This document shows positions 10,728 to 19,441 of a stretch of 64,000 nucleotides of DNA, in pieces. Under the pieces are notes generated by a model. That model was not told where the DNA came from and did not search any database. It saw only the letters and a list, made by a program, of their open reading frames with translations. Origin of the DNA: an uncultured Chloroflexia bacterium. Its GTDB lineage: Bacteria; Chloroflexota; Limnocylindria; QHBO01. Both the position numbers and the translations under genes were made by a program. Location: assembly GCA_963814375.1 (NCBI GenBank), contig CAWFCQ010000005.1:64001-128000 (forward strand). Reading direction: 5' to 3'. The number at the start of each line of letters is the position of its first letter. Position 1 is the first letter of the stretch.

Positions 10728-11519
10728 TCAGCCGAGCCGCGTCAGGATCGCCTCGCGCTCGAAGATCCAGTTGCCGGCGACCAGCGCGATCCCGATCAGG
10801 ATCGCGACGACGAGGTCGCCGAGGATGACCTGCTGCATTGTGAACGAAGCCTGTCCCGAGAAGAAGCCGGCCACGGCGATCGCGATGATCGGGATCACGA
10901 TGAACCCGCCGATCTGCTGCGCGGTGCGCGGGTCGTTGACGCGCGAGCTGACGATGATGCCGAGCAGGACGCTGAACATGCAGATGAGCGGGACGAGCGT
11001 CAGCATCGCCACGGTCCAGACGTCGTTGAAGATGAGCCGGGTCAGGATCGGATCGGCGATGGCGCCGTTCACGAACCCGTAGAGCAGGAAGACACCCCAG
11101 GTCGCGAGCACCGCCGGCGTGGCGGCCGAGATGGCCTTGCCGACCAGCAGCTCGCTCACCTCCATCGGCGTCGCCAGCTGGGGCTCGAGAGCCCGCGTCG
11201 TCTTCTCGCCGATGATCGACTGGGTGGCGATCGCCATCGGCACCATGGCCGGAATGAGGAGGAAGTAGGCCATGAAGTTGAGGACGATGAACCCCTGCGC
11301 CGCGAGCTTCGGGTCGAGGTTCGGGAACTGGGCGATGTAGCCCTCGATCTCGCTGAGCTGGTTGGGGTCGAGCTCGTTGGCCTGGATGAAGGCCACGATC
11401 CCGGTCGGGATGGCGGCGAACACGAGGGCGGGGAAGACGACGGCGCCGAGCAGCAGGCGGTTCGCGAGGAGGTCGGTCACCTCCTTCGTGAGCACCGCCC
11501 AGATGTACGACGGTCGCAT
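10728..11519 (-). CDS. ABC-2 type transporter permease
   Basis: IIGEKTTRALEPQLATP motif, about 6 TM. Confidence 0.9.
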   Translation of the reverse strand: MRPSYIWAVLTKEVTDLLANRLLLGAVVFPALVFAAIPTGIVAFIQANELDPNQLSEIEGYIAQFPNLDPKLAAQGFIVLNFMAYFLLIPAMVPMAIATQSIIGEKTTRALEPQLATPMEVSELLVGKAISAATPAVLATWGVFLLYGFVNGAIADPILTRLIFNDVWTVAMLTLVPLICMFSVLLGIIVSSRVNDPRTAQQIGGFIVIPIIAIAVAGFFSGQASFTMQQVILGDLVVAILIGIALVAGNWIFEREAILTRLG

Positions 11520-12466
11520 CAGGCCGCCACCCGCTCGTCTCGCGTCGGCGACTCGCCGACGAGGTCGAGATACACCTGCTCGAGCGTGACCGCCTCCTCC
11601 GCAACGCCCACGATCCGGGCTCCCGCACCGACCAGCGCGCGGACGAGCTCGGGGTTGTCACCGCGCGGATCGGTGACTTCCACGAAGAGGCTGCCGTCGA
11701 GCGCACGCGCAGCCTCGACGAAACGCAGGTCGCCGAGCAGATCGAGGAAGGACTCCGGGCGCCGCGCGCCGACGAGGTCGACGCGGACCGATGCCGTCCC
11801 GTTGCGGCGCCGCAGGCGCGCCGGGGTGTCGACCCGGAGGAGCGTGCCACGCATGATCCCCATCCGGTCGCAGAGCCGCTCGGCCTCATCGAGATTGTGC
11901 GTGCAGACCACGATCGAGCGGCCGGCGTCGCGAAGGGTGGCCACGAAGTCGCGGATCGTCTTCGCCGCCGATGGGTCGAGGGCGCTGGTCGGCTCGTCCA
12001 GGTACAGCACCTCGGGCTCGTGCAGGAGGGCGCGCGCGATCGCCACCTTCTGCCGCATCCCCTTGCTGAAGCCCCCCACCCGGCGGTCGCCCTCGTCGGA
12101 GAGGCCGACGATGCCGAGGTATCGGTCCACCGCCCGCCGCAGGGCCGCCCCGCGCAGCCCGTAGAGGCGCCCGTAGTAGCCGAGGTTCTGGCGTGCCGTC
12201 AGCTTGTCGTGGAGCCCGGGCGACTCGGTCAGCACGCCTGTGATGGAGCGGATCGCCTGCGAGTCCGGGCCGAGCTCACGGCCGTTGACCTGCGCGGTCC
12301 CTGTTGACGGCGCGATGAGCCCCGCCAGCATCCGGATCGTGGTCGTCTTGCCCGCGCCGTTCGGGCCGAGCAGCCCGAAGATCTCGCCGTCTCCGACCGT
12401 GAACGACAGGTCGTGAACGGCCGTCAGGTCTCTGAACTGCTTGCCGAGGCCGAGGGCGTTGATCAT
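11519..12466 (-). CDS. ABC-2 type transporter ATP-binding protein
   Basis: GPNGAGKTT, FSKGMRQK, LDEPT; start at MINALG (12466). Confidence 0.92.
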   Translation of the reverse strand: MINALGLGKQFRDLTAVHDLSFTVGDGEIFGLLGPNGAGKTTTIRMLAGLIAPSTGTAQVNGRELGPDSQAIRSITGVLTESPGLHDKLTARQNLGYYGRLYGLRGAALRRAVDRYLGIVGLSDEGDRRVGGFSKGMRQKVAIARALLHEPEVLYLDEPTSALDPSAAKTIRDFVATLRDAGRSIVVCTHNLDEAERLCDRMGIMRGTLLRVDTPARLRRRNGTASVRVDLVGARRPESFLDLLGDLRFVEAARALDGSLFVEVTDPRGDNPELVRALVGAGARIVGVAEEAVTLEQVYLDLVGESPTRDERVAA

Positions 12467-12538
12467 CGGTGCGGCGCATGCTAGCCGGGTTCCGGTGCGC
12501 CCGCCCACCGTACGATCATCGGGCTTACGATGCGTCGC

Positions 12539-13066
12539 ATGGAGGAACGAACGCTCGACAGCCGCCCCGCGTGGAGCGGGCGCGTGATCTCCGTCCGCGT
12601 CGACGAGGTCGAGCTGTCCGATGGGCGGCGCAGCGCGCGCGAGATCGTCGACCATCCCGGCGCCGTCGCGATCCTCGCCTGGGACGGCGAGCGGCTGGCC
12701 ATGGTGCGCCAGTGGCGTCATGCCACCGGCCAGGAGCTGCTCGAGGTCCCCGCCGGCACCCTCGAGCCCGACGAGGCGCCCGACGCGACCGCTCGACGCG
12801 AGCTGTCCGAGGAGGTCGGCCTGGCGGCCGCGGGCTGGGAGGCCGGCCCGACCTTCTACACGGCACCCGGCTTCTGCACCGAGCTCATGCACCTCTACCT
12901 CGCGACCGACCTGACCGAGGCGCTGGCCGATGGCGACGAGGACGAGGAGCTCGAGGCGAGCTGGATGACGCTGGATGACGCGCTGGCGGCGACCGACGAT
13001 GGCCGCATCGTCGACGCCAAGACGATGGTCGCACTCGCCTGGCTGGCGCGACGCCTGGGGCGCTGA
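12539..13066 (+). CDS. NUDIX hydrolase (ADP-ribose pyrophosphatase, NudF-like)
   Basis: EVPAGTLE...ARRELSEEVG Nudix box, HPGAV, FYTAPGF, DAKT. Confidence 0.9.
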   Translation: MEERTLDSRPAWSGRVISVRVDEVELSDGRRSAREIVDHPGAVAILAWDGERLAMVRQWRHATGQELLEVPAGTLEPDEAPDATARRELSEEVGLAAAGWEAGPTFYTAPGFCTELMHLYLATDLTEALADGDEDEELEASWMTLDDALAATDDGRIVDAKTMVALAWLARRLGR

Positions 13067-13103
13067 CGCCGCTGGCACGCGAGTTGCCTCCGCCGCCGTC
13101 CAC

Positions 13104-14186
13104 ATGGCAATCGAGCTCGACAATCCGGTCGCCTCGGCCGAAGACGCCGGCCTGCGGTACCTCCCCGATACGGTCCCTGGCGTTCGGCGCCGCCGCGCCG
13201 GGCGAGGGTTCACGTACGAGGATCCCGACGGCACCCGCATCTCCGAACCTGGTCGCCTCGAATGGATCCGCGGGCTCGCCATTCCGCCGGCCTGGACCGA
13301 TGTCTGGATCAGCCCGATCCGACGCGGTCATCTCCAGGCCACCGGCCGAGATGCGCGGGGGCGCAAGCAGTACCGCTATCACCCGCGCTGGCGTTCGGTC
13401 CGTGACGAGGCCAAGTACGGACGCCTGATCGAGTTCGCGCGGGCGCTGCCGAGGATCCGGCGCCGAACCGACGCCGACCTGCGACGCCGCGGCATGCCGC
13501 GCGAGAAGGTGCTGGCGCTCGTGGTCAAGCTCCTCGAGGCGACCCTGATCCGGGTCGGGAACGAGGAGTACGCGCGGGACAACAAGAGCTTCGGGCTCTC
13601 GACGCTGCGCGAGCGTCACGTGACGATCGACGGCGGCGAAGCGCGCTTCACGTTCAAGGGCAAGTCCGGACGGGAGCACGAGGTCCCGATCCGTGATCGA
13701 CGCCTCGTCCGCCTCATCCGCCAGTCCCTGGAGATCCCGGGCCAGGAGCTGTTCCAGTATCTCGACGAGGAGTGTCAGCGGCGCCCGATCGACTCCGGCG
13801 ACGTCAACGACTACCTGCGTGACATCAGCGGCGAGGCGTTCACGGCCAAGGACTTCAGGACCTGGGCGGGCACCGTCGCCGCATCCCTGGCCCTCCAGGA
13901 GTGGCTCGAGATCGACGACGAGGCAGGCCGCAAGCGCGCGATCGTGCGGGCGATCGAGGAGGTGGCCGAGCAGCTCGGAAACACCCCGGCCGTGTGCCGA
14001 GCCTGCTACGTCCATCCTGACGTCATCGGCTCCTACCTCGACGGAACCCTCGTCGACGCCCTCAGCGAGCGCGCTCGCGGCGCGGGTCGCGGGGCCCACG
14101 CCCTGCGTCCCGAAGAGGCCGCCGTGCTGGGTCTGCTCCAGGCTCGGCTGGCTCGGGAGTCACGTTCGCGGCGGTCCGCCGCCTGA
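13104..14186 (+). CDS. Bacterial DNA topoisomerase IB
   Basis: IPPAWTDVWI, GRDARGRKQYRYH, IRVGNEEY, FKGKSG, AKDFRTW, LGNTPAVCRACYVHP. Confidence 0.95.
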   Translation: MAIELDNPVASAEDAGLRYLPDTVPGVRRRRAGRGFTYEDPDGTRISEPGRLEWIRGLAIPPAWTDVWISPIRRGHLQATGRDARGRKQYRYHPRWRSVRDEAKYGRLIEFARALPRIRRRTDADLRRRGMPREKVLALVVKLLEATLIRVGNEEYARDNKSFGLSTLRERHVTIDGGEARFTFKGKSGREHEVPIRDRRLVRLIRQSLEIPGQELFQYLDEECQRRPIDSGDVNDYLRDISGEAFTAKDFRTWAGTVAASLALQEWLEIDDEAGRKRAIVRAIEEVAEQLGNTPAVCRACYVHPDVIGSYLDGTLVDALSERARGAGRGAHALRPEEAAVLGLLQARLARESRSRRSAA

Positions 14187-14217
14187 GCGTCGCCGATGAC
14201 GCGCTCATGGCGCCGGG

Positions 14218-14589
14218 TCAGGCGGCGTCGCCGATGCGCTCGAGCGCGCGGCGGTAGTCCTCGTTCGTTGGCTTCATGCGCACCGCGAGTCGGAGGTGGC
14301 GGCGCGCCGTCCGAACGTCGCCAAGCCGAGCGCGCGAGAGGCCGAGGCCGAAGTGCGCGTAGTGCGCGAGGGGGTCGGCCTCGACGATCGCGCCGAAGCG
14401 GTCCGCCGCGAGCTCGAGCTCGCCCTGGTTGAAGTACGCCTGCCCGAGGGCCTCGAGGATGGACGCCTTGCCGGGCTCGAGCGCCAGCGCGCGCTCCAGG
14501 AGGACGGCCGATGCGCCGAAGTGCTGCTCGGCGAGCATGCGCGACCCGCGCTGGAAGAGCTCGTAGGCCGATTCGCGCGCGGACTGCAT
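14218..14589 (-). CDS. Tetratricopeptide repeat protein
   Basis: About three TPR-like repeats (ALGQAYF, HFGLGLS). Confidence 0.85.
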   Translation of the reverse strand: MQSARESAYELFQRGSRMLAEQHFGASAVLLERALALEPGKASILEALGQAYFNQGELELAADRFGAIVEADPLAHYAHFGLGLSRARLGDVRTARRHLRLAVRMKPTNEDYRRALERIGDAA

Positions 14590-14598
14590 CGGTCAAGC

Positions 14599-15630
14599 CT
14601 AGCGCTCGAGGTCGACCGGCTCCAGCCTCGGGTTCTCGCTCATGCCGGGGATCCTGCCGCGCTTCGCAACCGGCCGGCCATCGACTTCCTTGAGGTCGCC
14701 GGTAAAGTCGATCGGACTGGCCTTGCTGATCGCGCTGCCCACCGCGAACGAGTCGACCGGCGCTTCTGCGTCCTTGAAGACGCCGATGCGGTCCACGTCC
14801 ATGCCCCCGGAAACCACGATCTTCACGTCCGGGTGCCCGGCGAGGTCGAGGCGAGCGCGCACCTCCTTGACGAGCTCGGGGGTGACCCGGCCGCGCTCGC
14901 TCGGAGTGTCCAGGCGCACGCCCCACAGGTGGTCGCCGAGCGCCTCGGCCACCCGCAGCGACTCCTCGGCTTCGTCCTTGAAGGTGTCAACCAGAATCAC
15001 CCGCGGGATCTCGGGGTCAATGTGGCGGTCGAACGCCTCGGCCGCGCGGACGGTGTCGCCGAAGATGAGGACGAGCGCGTGCGGCATCGTTCCGGTTGGT
15101 GCAAGCCCGGCGAGGCGTGCGCCGGCGGGCGTGGAGGCGCCGATGCAGCCGCCAACGACCGACGCGTAGTCCATCTGGTCGGCGACGCTGGGGTGGACGT
15201 GGCGCGCTCCGAAGCCGATGACGGGGATCGGCGCCGCGGCATCGACCACGCGCCGCGCCGCGGTCGCCCATCCGGAGCTGCTGGCGAGGATGCCGAGGAT
15301 GGCGGTCTCGTACAGGCCGAAGGCCGAGTAGCGAGCCCGGATGCGCATCACCACTTCCTTCGAGCTGAACGTGTCGCCGTCGTGCAGCGACTCGACCAAC
15401 GGGCGCACCTCGCCGTTGGCCTCCGCGAAGATCTCGCGAAGGTAGGCATGCGCCTCCTCGGCGCCGCAGAGGATTCCCTCGCCCCGCGAGAACACCTCCA
15501 TCGTGACGACCGGGTCGAGGCCCTCGGCTGCCAGGATCGTTCGCGCGCGGTCGAAGTACACGTCCGCCGTCTCCCCCGAGAGCACGTCGGCCGCCGTCGG
15601 GAAGCGCGGGGATGGTCGCTCCGCCGTCAT
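14599..15630 (-). CDS. pncB: Nicotinate phosphoribosyltransferase (archaeal/short type)
   Basis: TADVYF, FGARH, GTMPH, LVDTF, VRLDTP, VSGG, FAVG. Confidence 0.88.
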   Translation of the reverse strand: MTAERPSPRFPTAADVLSGETADVYFDRARTILAAEGLDPVVTMEVFSRGEGILCGAEEAHAYLREIFAEANGEVRPLVESLHDGDTFSSKEVVMRIRARYSAFGLYETAILGILASSSGWATAARRVVDAAAPIPVIGFGARHVHPSVADQMDYASVVGGCIGASTPAGARLAGLAPTGTMPHALVLIFGDTVRAAEAFDRHIDPEIPRVILVDTFKDEAEESLRVAEALGDHLWGVRLDTPSERGRVTPELVKEVRARLDLAGHPDVKIVVSGGMDVDRIGVFKDAEAPVDSFAVGSAISKASPIDFTGDLKEVDGRPVAKRGRIPGMSENPRLEPVDLER

Positions 15631-17570
15631 GGCGCAGCAGTGTACGACGCGCGGCGCCGGAAGAGGACCACCGCGATGGCCACGAGCAGCACGACGATGA
15701 GCACCAGGCTCGCCAGGCGCACCACCCCGCCGAGCTCGGAGGCGCTGGTGAGGCGCTCGGCCTCGGCGATGGCCTCGGAGGCGCCACGGAGGTCTCCCTC
15801 GGCGAACCGGCCGTTTGCCATCGCCAGGGCCGCCTGCGGATCGTCGCCGCCGATGAGCCCGACGCGCGACAGGAAGGTCCGGGGAGCGTTGACCAGCTCG
15901 GCCGCGGCGACATAGGCCTCGGCGACCCCGCGCTCGGCACTGAGCTCGGGGGTCGCCTCCGGGCCGCCGCCGGATGTCCGATACGCCTCCTGGAGGCGAT
16001 CGGGCGCCTGGAGTCCCGCTGCCTCGAGCTCGGCGAGGAGGCGGTCGCGCTCCTGCAGCCAGTCGGACGCCGCGGCCATCTCGGTCATGGCCTCGTCAAA
16101 GCTCCATGCCGTCATCGCGGCGAGGACGGGGTCGGGCGCTCCCCATCCGTCGGCCTCGACCAGGAGCGCCTCGAGCGCCGTCCGAGCTTCGGCGCGAGGC
16201 TCGAGCAACGCCACGTCCGCCTCGGTCAGGACCTCCGCCGCGAAGATGTCGGCCACCGGCTCGCCGGACACGTTCTCGAGCTGGTCGAGGAACGACCGGC
16301 TCGTCAACGGCAGGTCCGGCGGCCTTGCCATCTCACCATCGGGATCCGGAGCCAGTTCGCCGGGCTCGTACGGTCCAAGAGACGCCGCAGTGCGGGCGAG
16401 GACAGTCTCGAGCACTCCGTCGCCGACGGCCTCGTCGATGGCGCCGATCACCGCCCAGGAAGCGGCGTAGCCGTATGTCTCTGCCCCGACATCCGCGGTC
16501 GGGCCCCAGGCGTCGAGCGGGAACGCGCTGCCGGCGTTGTCCTCCGCGACCTGGGTCGGGTCGTACGGAATCTCGACGCCGATCTCCGGCGCGACTCTGG
16601 CCGCCACGAAGCTCGCCCAGCCCTCGCGGATCCAGCGCGACTCGACGAGGTCCGGCGAGAGCCAGACATGTGCGACCTGGTGGAGGGCGGTGAAGTCGGG
16701 CTGGTCGTACGAGACGAGGATCTCGGTGCCGCCACCGTCCGCTCCCTCACCGAAGCCGGATCCGTCGCTGCTGACCACCTCGGTCAGGATCAGCTGCCCA
16801 AGCCGCGGATAGGGCAGGCCGACCGCCTCCTCGATGCGCGGCAGCGCCTCCCCCATGAGGGCCAGGAGGCCCTCGCCCCACTCCTCATCGTCGGCGAACG
16901 AGCGAACGCCAACGTCCGCCGTCCCACCGTTCAGCGGGACCGTGGCCTCGAAGGTCGTGAGCTCTCCCGGCTGGACAGCGGTGACGAGGGCGAGCCAGGC
17001 GGTCGGGTCGGTGATCGGCCCGCTGACGAGCAGGTCTCCCTCGGCCGTGAGCGGATCGCCGTCCACGCGGACCTCGTAGCCGGCCGGGACCGCGACGCTG
17101 ACGGACCCGCTCGTGCCGAAGCTCCAGGCCGGGAAGCGGACGACCGATGGCCGCACCCGAAGGGAGCCGTCCGTATCGGGCAGGGTGTAGGTGAGGTCGA
17201 TCGTGACCGAGTCCTCGAAGCGCAGCGGGTCGCGCAGCTCGATCGTCGCCACGTTGACGCCCCCCGTCACCGCCGTCCCGACCGTGACCGGACCCTCCGG
17301 GTCGCGGGCGCTCACCTCGACCGCCTCGTCGTGGATGGCCACCTCCAGCTCGTCGAAGACGCTGAACGCTGTCGCCGTGTCCGGCGTCGTGTTCGTGAAG
17401 GCGAGCTCGACGCTCACCCCGATCGTGCGCTCGTCGGGCTGCACGTCATATGTGGCCTGGCTCGCGAGCGTGTATTCGGCCGCCCGTGCCGGCGTCGCCG
17501 AGCCGGGTGCCAGCAACCAGGCGAGCGAGAGCAGGACCGCGCCGATCACCCCAACCGATCGGTGTCGCAT
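15627..17570 (-). CDS. Secreted, C-terminally membrane-anchored gluzincin (M1/MA-like) protein with HQXXH variant
   Basis: Signal peptide, ALHQVAHVWL...RWIREGWASF, YGYAASW, helical region, C-terminal TM followed by RRR. Confidence 0.75.
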   Translation of the reverse strand: MRHRSVGVIGAVLLSLAWLLAPGSATPARAAEYTLASQATYDVQPDERTIGVSVELAFTNTTPDTATAFSVFDELEVAIHDEAVEVSARDPEGPVTVGTAVTGGVNVATIELRDPLRFEDSVTIDLTYTLPDTDGSLRVRPSVVRFPAWSFGTSGSVSVAVPAGYEVRVDGDPLTAEGDLLVSGPITDPTAWLALVTAVQPGELTTFEATVPLNGGTADVGVRSFADDEEWGEGLLALMGEALPRIEEAVGLPYPRLGQLILTEVVSSDGSGFGEGADGGGTEILVSYDQPDFTALHQVAHVWLSPDLVESRWIREGWASFVAARVAPEIGVEIPYDPTQVAEDNAGSAFPLDAWGPTADVGAETYGYAASWAVIGAIDEAVGDGVLETVLARTAASLGPYEPGELAPDPDGEMARPPDLPLTSRSFLDQLENVSGEPVADIFAAEVLTEADVALLEPRAEARTALEALLVEADGWGAPDPVLAAMTAWSFDEAMTEMAAASDWLQERDRLLAELEAAGLQAPDRLQEAYRTSGGGPEATPELSAERGVAEAYVAAAELVNAPRTFLSRVGLIGGDDPQAALAMANGRFAEGDLRGASEAIAEAERLTSASELGGVVRLASLVLIVVLLVAIAVVLFRRRASYTAAP

Positions 17571-18142
17571 CACGTCCGCCCCAGGATGCGGGAGAGCAGG
17601 CTTCGACGCCGCGCCGCGGGCAGCGCCGGCTCCCAGGCCGGCATCGCCGCCTCGACTTCCGCCGCGTATGCCTCGAGCAGTGGCGCATTGCGCCCGCTGC
17701 GGCCGGTCCAATCGGGAAGAACGCCCCGGTCCGCGATCGCGTTGGCGGTCTCGTCGAGCAGCCGATCGGCGACGACGGCCAGGCGCGCCAGGCCGCGGCC
17801 GAGCTCGTGCCGATCCATCCCGGCCGTTGGCAGCTCCGTCATCAGCATCGGTCTGTCGTCATCGGTGAGCGCGAATTTCACGAACGGGTAGTCGAAGTTG
17901 GCGCGCAGCATCCGCGCGTAGATGCGCTTCGGAATCTCCATCGACTCGAGCCCGTAGTACGCCCACAGCGAGCAGCCGATGCCGGCCACCCAGGCGATCG
18001 TGACCCGTAGATCGAACCGGCGGCGGCCGTCGATGACGACATCCCGGCTGAGCGTGCCGGTTGCGGGATCGCCGGCCACGGCGACCGGCTCCAGCCCCAG
18101 CTCGCCGAGCCAACGATCGATGGGCGGCGCCGCCTCCGTCAC
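17570..18142 (-). CDS. YbjN domain-containing protein
   Basis: YARMLRANFDYPFVKFAL pattern of the YbjN/T3SS-chaperone fold. Confidence 0.7.
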   Translation of the reverse strand: MTEAAPPIDRWLGELGLEPVAVAGDPATGTLSRDVVIDGRRRFDLRVTIAWVAGIGCSLWAYYGLESMEIPKRIYARMLRANFDYPFVKFALTDDDRPMLMTELPTAGMDRHELGRGLARLAVVADRLLDETANAIADRGVLPDWTGRSGRNAPLLEAYAAEVEAAMPAWEPALPAARRRSLLSRILGRT

Positions 18143-19407
18143 GAGGCGGCCGAGGCGGCAAAGATCGTCTCGCCGGACGCGAGCGTGTCGCTCGTGCCGA
18201 AGTCGCGCTCGATGACCCCGGGGTCGATTCGGCAGTTCCGCCCGATGGCGACGCCGCGAGGCACCCGTGCTCGCTTGCCGACAAGGGTGATACCCGAGGC
18301 GAGCCGCTCCGGCTCAGTGCGGTTCGGCTTCATGTCGTCCCCCACCCCGACGCGCGCCCCGGCGCCGATGACCGCCTCCTTGTCGACGATCGCGCGATCG
18401 ATGACGGCCCCCTCGCCGATCGTCGCGTCGAACATGACGATCGAGTCCCGGACGGTCGCGCCGGCCTCCACCCGAACGCCGGGCGACAGGACGCTGTGAT
18501 CGACGCTCCCCTCGACAACGCAGCCGTGGCTGATCATCGACCGCGTCACGACGGCATCCGGCCCGATGCGGGCGGGCGGCCGTTCCTCGCTCTTGGTGTA
18601 CACGAGCCAGCCACGGTCGTTGAGCTCGATGCCCGGCGCGTCGCTGAGCAGGTCGAGGCTGGTCTGCCAGTAGCTCTCGATCGTGCCGACGTCCTGCCAG
18701 TACCCGCCGAACTCGTACGCGAACGCGCGGCGCCCGCCCGCCACCATCCATGGGAGGACGTCGCGTCCGAAGTCGACCCGCTCGGCGCTCAGCAGGTCGC
18801 GCAGGAGAGGCCAGGTGAAGACGTACACGCCCATGCTGACGAGGTTGGAGGGCGGATTCGGCGGCTTCTCGATGAAGTCGGTGATCCGGCCGTCGGTGTC
18901 GGTGGCGATGATGCCGAACCGATGCGCCTCCTCGATCGGGACCCGGCGCACGGCGCAGGTGACGTCCGCGCTGCGATCACGGTGCTGGTCGATGAAGGGG
19001 CGGTAATCCATCTTGTAGACGTGGTCTCCGGCGAGCACGAGCACCAGCTCGGGTGAGCGGTCCTCGATGAAATCGAGGTTCTGCATGACGGCATCCGCCG
19101 TCCCCTGGTACCAGTCCCGCGCTCGGCCGCGCCCGATAAACGGCTGGAGCAGCGCGACGCCGCCCCGGCTGCGGTCGAGGTCCCACGGTCGGCCCACCCC
19201 GATGTGGTCGATGAGGGAGCGGGGCGCGTACTGGGTCAGGATTCCGACGTCGGTCAGTCCGGAGTTCACGGCATTGCTCAGGGCGAAGTCGATGATCCGG
19301 TACTTCCCGCCGAAGGGGACGCCTGGCTTGGCCCGAACCTGCGACAGGATGCTGAGCCGCTCACCTTCGCCTCCGGCGAGAATGAGGGTCAGGACCGAGG
19401 ACGACAC
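18139..19407 (-). CDS. glgC: Glucose-1-phosphate adenylyltransferase
   Basis: LAGGEGERL, RAKPGVPFGGKYRIIDF, GTADAV, GDHVYKMDY, FIEKP, YWQDVGT. Confidence 0.93.
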   Translation of the reverse strand: MSSSVLTLILAGGEGERLSILSQVRAKPGVPFGGKYRIIDFALSNAVNSGLTDVGILTQYAPRSLIDHIGVGRPWDLDRSRGGVALLQPFIGRGRARDWYQGTADAVMQNLDFIEDRSPELVLVLAGDHVYKMDYRPFIDQHRDRSADVTCAVRRVPIEEAHRFGIIATDTDGRITDFIEKPPNPPSNLVSMGVYVFTWPLLRDLLSAERVDFGRDVLPWMVAGGRRAFAYEFGGYWQDVGTIESYWQTSLDLLSDAPGIELNDRGWLVYTKSEERPPARIGPDAVVTRSMISHGCVVEGSVDHSVLSPGVRVEAGATVRDSIVMFDATIGEGAVIDRAIVDKEAVIGAGARVGVGDDMKPNRTEPERLASGITLVGKRARVPRGVAIGRNCRIDPGVIERDFGTSDTLASGETIFAASAAS

Positions 19408-19441
19408 GCGCCGATTCTAGCGACGGCGCCGATCTCGACGG

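Noticed and set aside
13104-14186. Topoisomerase IB as an integrase or viral/mobile marker
   Set aside because: Matches the widespread chromosomal bacterial TopIB family; no att sites, phage genes or GC shift
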